Source of the DNA: Chrysomallon squamiferum
Taxonomy: Eukaryota; Animalia; Mollusca
NCBI GenBank assembly: GCA_012295275.1
Contig: CM022665.1
Span: 7,068,001 to 7,132,000 of the forward strand
Length of the DNA: 64,000 nt
Direction: 5' to 3'
Every line of letters starts with the position of its first letter. Position 1 is the stretch's first letter. Positions 57,601 through 64,000 of the stretch are shown here, in pieces. Made by a program: the position numbers and the translations under genes. The notes under the pieces are model-generated. The model searched no databases. It saw nothing but the letters and a program-made list of their open reading frames with translations, and had not been told where the DNA came from.

Positions 57601-58533
57601 ATTCTGTGAATATCATTTGTGTATGCAGAAGAAATGCATGTACAGTGACACAGAAATAGATACAATTAATCCCTATACAAAAATGTTTTGTTCATAAATA
57701 AAATAAACTTCTTTTTTTTTTAACTATAAAATAATTATTTTTAATTTCTGCTAACTGCACTGATAATTAATTTGTTCTTCTATCACTCACACAGCATTAC
57801 AAACTTCCATAATTGCTGTAAAACAGCCTCTGTGTTAGTTTTGTTGTGAGAAGACTGCAGCTGTCATCATACACTGCTATGTTAGAGAATGGTCAAAGGA
57901 AATGATTAGGTATTTTAAAAGCCTCAAAGAATCATTAAACTGAGATAATAACACTGTTCATTGATCTATTGGAAAATTAAAGCACCACTGTCTTAAACAA
58001 AGCAGAACCAAACCTGCAAATGTTTGAAACTGAAAACATTCTTAGTAATTTAAAAACAATGGTTTAATCATAGGTTTTATCTGTATTCTTCAGAAGCATT
58101 TTCTCCCTGTCTATGTAGATGATTTCAGTTTTAAATATACCCACAGGTCATCTTTCTTTTTTTTTTAAACATAAAATTAATATAAAACTAATATAGTATT
58201 TGACATTTCTCAGCCCTCACCCCCCCAAGAAAAGTTTGTGTAAAAATTTGTGTAAAAATGATGTTAAATGTATAAATCATCATTAAATTTTAAAAGGCTG
58301 AATGTTGAGGGTTAATTCTGTTTTGTTCAAGTTCCACAATGTTGATATCTTGCTTTTAAAATTTCTTTACATTTTATTTCTTTCTCTGTATTTTTCTTTT
58401 CTTTTTCAAAGATGACATGAAAAGCAGCAGTAGTAGTAATAATAATAATAATAATAATAAAAAAATACTTACGTAATTCCCCATTCCTTGATCTGTCCTG
58501 ATCCCATGCTTCCACGACCAGGGTGTATGACCT
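31905..58533 (-). CDS. JAG1: Jagged/Serrate family Notch ligand (partial; exons for the signal peptide and most of the MNNL/C2 domain not found in the window)
   Basis: Twenty-two in-frame exons (3300 nt): 58473-58533, 54970-55224 (DSL), 54563-54623, 50440-50573, 44863-44982, 44528-44641, 42560-42787, 40997-41046, 40300-40473, 39871-40021, 39229-39393, 38695-38808, 38206-38319, 37528-37641, 36792-36936, 36331-36416, 35647-35760, 34914-35038, 33902-34168, 33392-33523, 32795-32945, 31905-32329. They encode [11 protein letters not shown], the DSL domain ([26 protein letters not shown]), 16 EGF repeats, a VWC domain (which separates Jagged from Delta), the TM segment [24 protein letters not shown], and a C-terminal EVIV. 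The symbol denotes the family (likely JAG1/JAG2 co-orthologue). Confidence 0.95.
33210..33286 (+). repeat. 77-bp dispersed direct repeat, copy 1
   Basis: Matches 35822..35898 with a single mismatch. Confidence 0.9.
35822..35898 (+). repeat. 77-bp dispersed direct repeat, copy 2
   Basis: Matches 33210..33286 with a single mismatch. Confidence 0.9.
42236..42276. repeat. (CA)n microsatellite
   Basis: Read directly from the sequence. Confidence 0.95.
51491..51630 (+). mobile_element. Probable decayed tRNA-derived SINE
   Basis: A-box-like TGGCTCAACAG (51491) and B-box GGTTCAAATCC (51534-51544) are 43 nt apart, a tRNA-like spacing. No cloverleaf forms. The 3' boundary is a guess. Confidence 0.5.
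52625..52678 (-). mobile_element. Probable decayed tRNA-derived SINE head fragment
   Basis: The minus strand reads GGGGTGTAGCTCACTGGTTAGAGTG, a tRNA D-arm/A-box-like start. No intact B-box follows. Confidence 0.45.
57154..57275. repeat. Diverged tandem duplication of about 63-65 bp in a Jagged intron
   Basis: ATCTGATGAA..TTCTCA(A/G)CAGTAGTACAGATAGTAGTAT..GATG occurs twice in succession. Confidence 0.8.
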
Positions 58534-60089
58534 CTGTAATAACATAATACATACATTATATGAGAATGTATAGAAAGGGAATACATTATACAAACACAAA
58601 CACACTTGCACACATACATGAACATGAACACACACAAAACACAAATCACAAACATTCATACATATTTTTAACATAATCATCTGACATAGCAGGAAAACAT
58701 TTAAATCATCTAAGACACATGTCCTGTGATGATTGTATCACAAACAGGAGCACGTGTTGAGGAACTAATTAATTAAGTATAAAAAACAGATAAATATAGG
58801 CCTACATAGTGTAAGTAAGGTACACACGTGATAAATGCTTGACATATTTGCAAATTATTTATAAGTCTATTCAGCAGTTTCACAAAATGTACCCATTAAG
58901 TGAACAAGATATACATCAGAATTGAATTTAACTGTGGCTATCTGACAGCTATGACTATAACTGTGGCTGAGTTACAACTGTAGTCATTTAAGTTGAACTG
59001 AATTACTGTATGTACAGTTTAATTCACCTTTTGCTGAAATTTTAACATGCAAGGAAGTTTTTCACACTTCTCTTAACAAATTCTGAAAGATAAAACAACT
59101 GTGCTAAACAGGTTTAAAAATTTGATAAAAATTTGAAAATGATTTTTTACAGTGTAGTTTCCTTTTCAGTCCAGTTGTACAGTTGTTATATTAATCTACA
59201 ATATTTCCAAAATTATTTTAATGATTACAACTGATGACGTTTTGTAAATAAAATGCTCATCAGAGATTACCATTGATTTCACTTTTTTTTTAATTTTAGA
59301 AAGAAAAGAAAATTAAAATGTAGAAAAAGTTATATATGTATATAAATAATAAATAAATGAAATTCATTCATATATATTATGCAATGAAACTGCAATTTGG
59401 CCAGAAATATGAAAAATTTATTATTTTTATTTTTGTATGTTTTAAAAAGATAATTATTACTTTTAATAGAAACCAGGTAAATAAACAAACATTTTATTAG
59501 AAAACAAAAATAGTGTAAAAATGTCTATTGTTATTGTATGTGACGATCAGAAGCAAAACAAAATAGAAAGAAGAAGGTAATAAAAAAATATCTGATATTT
59601 TTAGTTATATGAAATTAGGAGACTGTTTCGATAAATTAATAATAGAGATTTAAATTTTGAATGTAAAAGTTGTTGATTTTTTCCTTCAATGAATTTGGTT
59701 ATCATAATGATAAAAGAATTAATGGTTATGTTCTAAACATTTCTAATTTTAATTTTTATGAAATCACTGATAACAAACCTAAAATTTTAAAATATGAACC
59801 AAATATTCAGTAGACTTGCTCCAAAAAAATGTATATATATATATATATATATAATAATAATAAATGAAAAAGTTCTTTTGTGGGATCCTTAAATATTTTT
59901 TGAACTGTCATTTCATAGTGTACTCAGTTAAGATGTCACTCACTTGCAAACAGCATGGTAGTCAGTTTTGCATTCTATTTGATATTTTAATTAACTTTTG
60001 ATTTTTAATCTTGTTTTCCAATCTCATCATCTCTTTGTTGGTCAAGAATATTTTAAGCTTCACAAAAATATCTAAATATACACAAACAA

Positions 60090-60121
<32 letters not shown>

Positions 60122-60833
60122 CCTAAGAAGAAACACACTTATAGTAACAGGAAAGTATATTTATCATTTAGTGACAAGGAATTTTTTACATTCTATTTCC
60201 CACAGGAAAGCATACAATATGACCTTGATTAATGTAACAAAGGGCAGTGGTTGGAATGGAAAATAGCACAATAAAGATTTTATTTTGAAAATTACTGTGC
60301 TGATTATTACTGTAAATTTTGTGTCTGGAGATATCAACAGGATATTCAATGTGACTTGTGAAAGCCAGTTTACCTTTCAACATATCTCTCTAGCCACAAT
60401 ACCAGTAAACAGAATATTTCTCATTTCACAGAACTAAATGAAAAGGAATTTTGCAGAATACTCTGATTGTCATTGTATAACACATTGTAACCTATCCAGC
60501 TTATTACATTCCTGACCACCTTATGATAATTGTGTCTGATTTCTGACTTCAGTTATTATACAGATACATGTAGATCATGAGGCAATGGTAAAGTGGTTTC
60601 TGATTGTTACTAATTTATTCTGCTGACAGGTTTAATTCATCTGTGCGTAGAAATATGACTGAATAAGTTGTTGTATAAGCTGGTATCATCTACTTTCCCA
60701 CGGCTGATATACAAAGCCTCTCAACAGCAGGTGAAGAGGGGAATTTGTAGCAGATAAAACATACTACTTGTTGTTCAATACACTTTAACAAACACTTCTT
60801 TACTGTTTGGATTTTCTCTTTTAAAGAGTCAAG

Positions 60834-60868
<35 letters not shown>

Positions 60869-63800
60869 AAATCTATATATAAACATATACACACATTCAT
60901 AAAGTGTTAAGAAACAGTTTACAAAAAATATGACTGACAATATGTTATGATTTAAATGTCAAAAATTAAAATCAGTGAATGTACAATGGCGTTATATTAT
61001 CAGTCATACATTTCTTGCAAAATGATGACATGAGGAAAACTGCTTCAGTCATTCACTCTGCTGATTAGCAGCAGATGATCTTTTATAAACACATCTTCCC
61101 ATAAACTGGAAACCATATGATAAATGAGTCATGGAATGCAATAATAATAATAATACTGAAGATACATGTTAAGATAAAATATTTATTTTATTTTTTTTTT
61201 CTTTTTTTTTTTTTTTTTTTTTTTTTTTTCTACATTACATTGATGTCACAATACTGGTAACTGTTGTTTATTTTTATTAACTGGATCACATACAGGGTAC
61301 GCTGTATGAGAAAAATGAATGATTGTTGAATGATATCAGCTGTCAGTTGCAAAGAGAGGAAAATATATGAATAAACCTGTTTACAATTTTTACTAAATCA
61401 CAATACTAAAACAATGTTGTGGTTTAAATTTTGTTGTCCTGTTTTTGTGGCTTCATCTCAGATCTGATTTATTATCTTCCCAGAATTCACAGTATTTTTA
61501 ACTGAAGTGGTGATGAAATGTTAAACTAATGAAAATATGTAATGGAGCATTATAATGGACAAAGTAGGAAGATGCTCCTGGGAATCTTAATTTGTGAAAA
61601 ATAATTAACTCAACATTACTCGACTTGTGAAGTTTTTTGATGAATAAAAGCTTCCATGTACATTTTTCATTGTTAAAATATTAACCAATTGTGGAATTAT
61701 AAAAGCAAATTATATAATAATAATAATAATAATAATAATAGTAATAATAAGTACTATTTCACTGTAAGGTATCTGTTTATAAGTGAGAGTAAAATGCAGA
61801 ATGTTTGTTCTAACAGAAAACAACAACAGAGTAAAATTAAGCTTTTTTCTAATGTTACACATTTGTATTGGGCTTTCCACCCTACACAGTCACATTTTGT
61901 CTATTTGCCAGTGATTAAAGCCAAGTGGAGTGTTTTACCTGCTCAAATACAAGACACAAAACACAGATAACTTGTTGTTCTCTTTGGTATTAACACAGAT
62001 TGAGAGCAAACACTCTTCTTGTTGTGCTGATAATACTGAGGTCAGATCCATTTGACCCGTTCCTTTTATGATTTGAGAAAAACAAACTGAGATATCACAG
62101 TCACCATCCTCACATCATACAGTCTCTCATGATGTGAAGCAGCTCTGTCATTGTACATGTGGATGAACAGTGTTTATTATACTTCCACCAGAGGTCTCTG
62201 TGTTAGCATGCTTGTCATGGACACAATTTCTGACTTCTGCCAAGACAGGACCTAACACATGTTATAAACTGTAACCTCCAGTTAAACAGAGTTAGTTAAT
62301 ACAGAATAAATGTACTGACTGACAATTCCCTAACTTGTCAGTGAAGTTAGCCTCCTTGAAACACAAGCCATTAACTGTCATTTTAATGTGTAATACCCAA
62401 TATAAACTATCTATTCTTAAAAAAAAAAAAAAAAAAAAAAAATTGAATTTAATGAAAAAGGAAAAGAAAAAGGAAAAAAGACAAATCTAAACAAGAATGA
62501 TAGTCTTAGTTAGTATTAATTTTCATTTTGAAAAGAATACTTTACATTTCAAAGAAGATGACTGGAACTGAATCTAACTGTGACAAGTGTCAGTTAATAT
62601 TCATATACAATGATGAAGTTGCTTATGCCAACCACACTTAAATCCGAATTGTATCTTGTATTTTGAATAAAAGAACAGCGGGTAACACAATACACCTGAG
62701 AAAACTGTTAAGGTGTTTTTGATGATACGTGATATAATTCTCCTATAAACAACATTTCTCCCACAGCTATTACCTTTCAGAATCAGCATCACCTGTCCTG
62801 AACTCATGAGCCTATCGTCACTGAAACCAGGTGATGGGCCTCATCACAATTTCACTGCTGAGTATTCATGATCAAAACTTGGTCATCTAGTTATCATACA
62901 AGTAGGACATCACAAGTTCCTTATGACAACATAATACATGTAATAGTGCATGCTTCTGCAAACTGAAGATAACAAACAAGACCATTAGCAAACAAGAAAT
63001 AGCTGAGAAATGGACTGACTTATTTGTACTGAAATTACTCAGATTCATTTGTCAAGTCCTTCTATGGAGAAACAAGAAACTAATGACACTACAGTCAATT
63101 AAGTGATTCCAAACTGCAGGTGGTCATGACTATAGAGTACTGTATTTAAATATTAACTAAAATTATTCTTTTTATCTTCTTTACCCAACAATGATTAAAA
63201 AAATCTGCTTTCTGTACTTTAAGTCAAATTCTAGTTGTTGATTTTTCTCGTGTTGTATGTTTCAACAAAGGTAATTCAGAAGAGGAACAGCCTGTGCTGT
63301 TCAAAGAATAAAAACAAATTTATAACAGTTTGTTCATTCATTTATTTTTTTCAAGAAACAACTGTCAACATGTTTTAAATCAAACATATAAAAATTAAAT
63401 CTGTAGGTAGAAAAGAAATACAGCTTCTTTACAAAACAAATTTCCTTTTAATTTCTTTCGATTTCGAAAGATTTTTCTGCTAACATCCTTTAAGTAAGGA
63501 CATTGTTGTATATTTGAGGTAAACTATATTTTGCTGGACATGTATATTATCTTTGTATCAGAACAAAGTACAGTCACACTCTGTTGTGTCAAACTTGCTC
63601 AAGTCAATATTCTGTTTATGTCAGTATCGCTAGCCAGGCTCAACCAAAACACATACAACTGTCATGTTTTTTTTCCTCTGTTGAGTCGATATGATTAACT
63701 CAATATCATGTTTGTATCGATACATTTTTCATTCCCAACTTATACTTTTAACTAGAAAAATGTCTTTATGTGTTGATATTTATATTTTTTTATAATAAAA

Positions 63801-64000
63801 TTTATAAAAAGGTATGTGTAGTCCAGCTTGTGCCATTATAGTAAGAATGTAACCAAGCTATCAAAAGTACTGCTAATTAATGACTGTAAACTAAATTTCA
63901 CAGGACATACATATTTTCTTCTTGTAATGAACGTAGTTATAATTCTGAACCTGATATTATTAGATAAAACATACAAGAAAAAAATATATATATAACAAAT

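Noticed and set aside
58534-64000. Short ORFs in the last 5.5 kb, and similar low-complexity ORFs throughout the window
   Set aside because: No homology, mostly non-ATG starts or microsatellite-derived. No signal-peptide or MNNL exon was found here, so the region is best read as a large Jagged intron.
1-64000. CRISPR arrays, rRNA, intact tRNA, transposase or reverse-transcriptase ORFs, U12-type introns
   Set aside because: None seen. All reconstructed donors are U2-type GT, except one GC.

Overview
AT-rich (about 70% by eye), microsatellite-rich eukaryotic genomic DNA from an invertebrate bilaterian. Protein sequences and composition suggest a lophotrochozoan such as a mollusc (inference). 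Most ORF-track entries are artefacts, so I rebuilt the genes exon by exon from splice sites and checked reading-frame continuity. Seven intron-aware gene models result: the 5' end of Exportin-4 (-, 1..1959, running off the left edge), an LRRC74-like LRR gene (+, 12 exons), DNAL1 (-, 10 exons) head-to-head with MRPS10 (+, 7 exons), single-coding-exon POP7/Rpp20 (-) head-to-head with ARV1 (+, 6 exons), and a Jagged/Serrate Notch ligand (-, 22 exons seen, 5' exons beyond the right edge) with DSL, 16 EGF, VWC, TM and a PDZ-ligand tail. I see no clear novel multi-gene system. The best second-look items are a GC-AG intron and a CpG-rich DSL exon in Jagged, a sharp CpG-rich/CpG-poor mosaic, an RFX X-box in the DNAL1/MRPS10 bidirectional promoter, a 77-bp segment copied between two Jagged introns, a hairpin cluster, and a weak Cys-rich small ORF.
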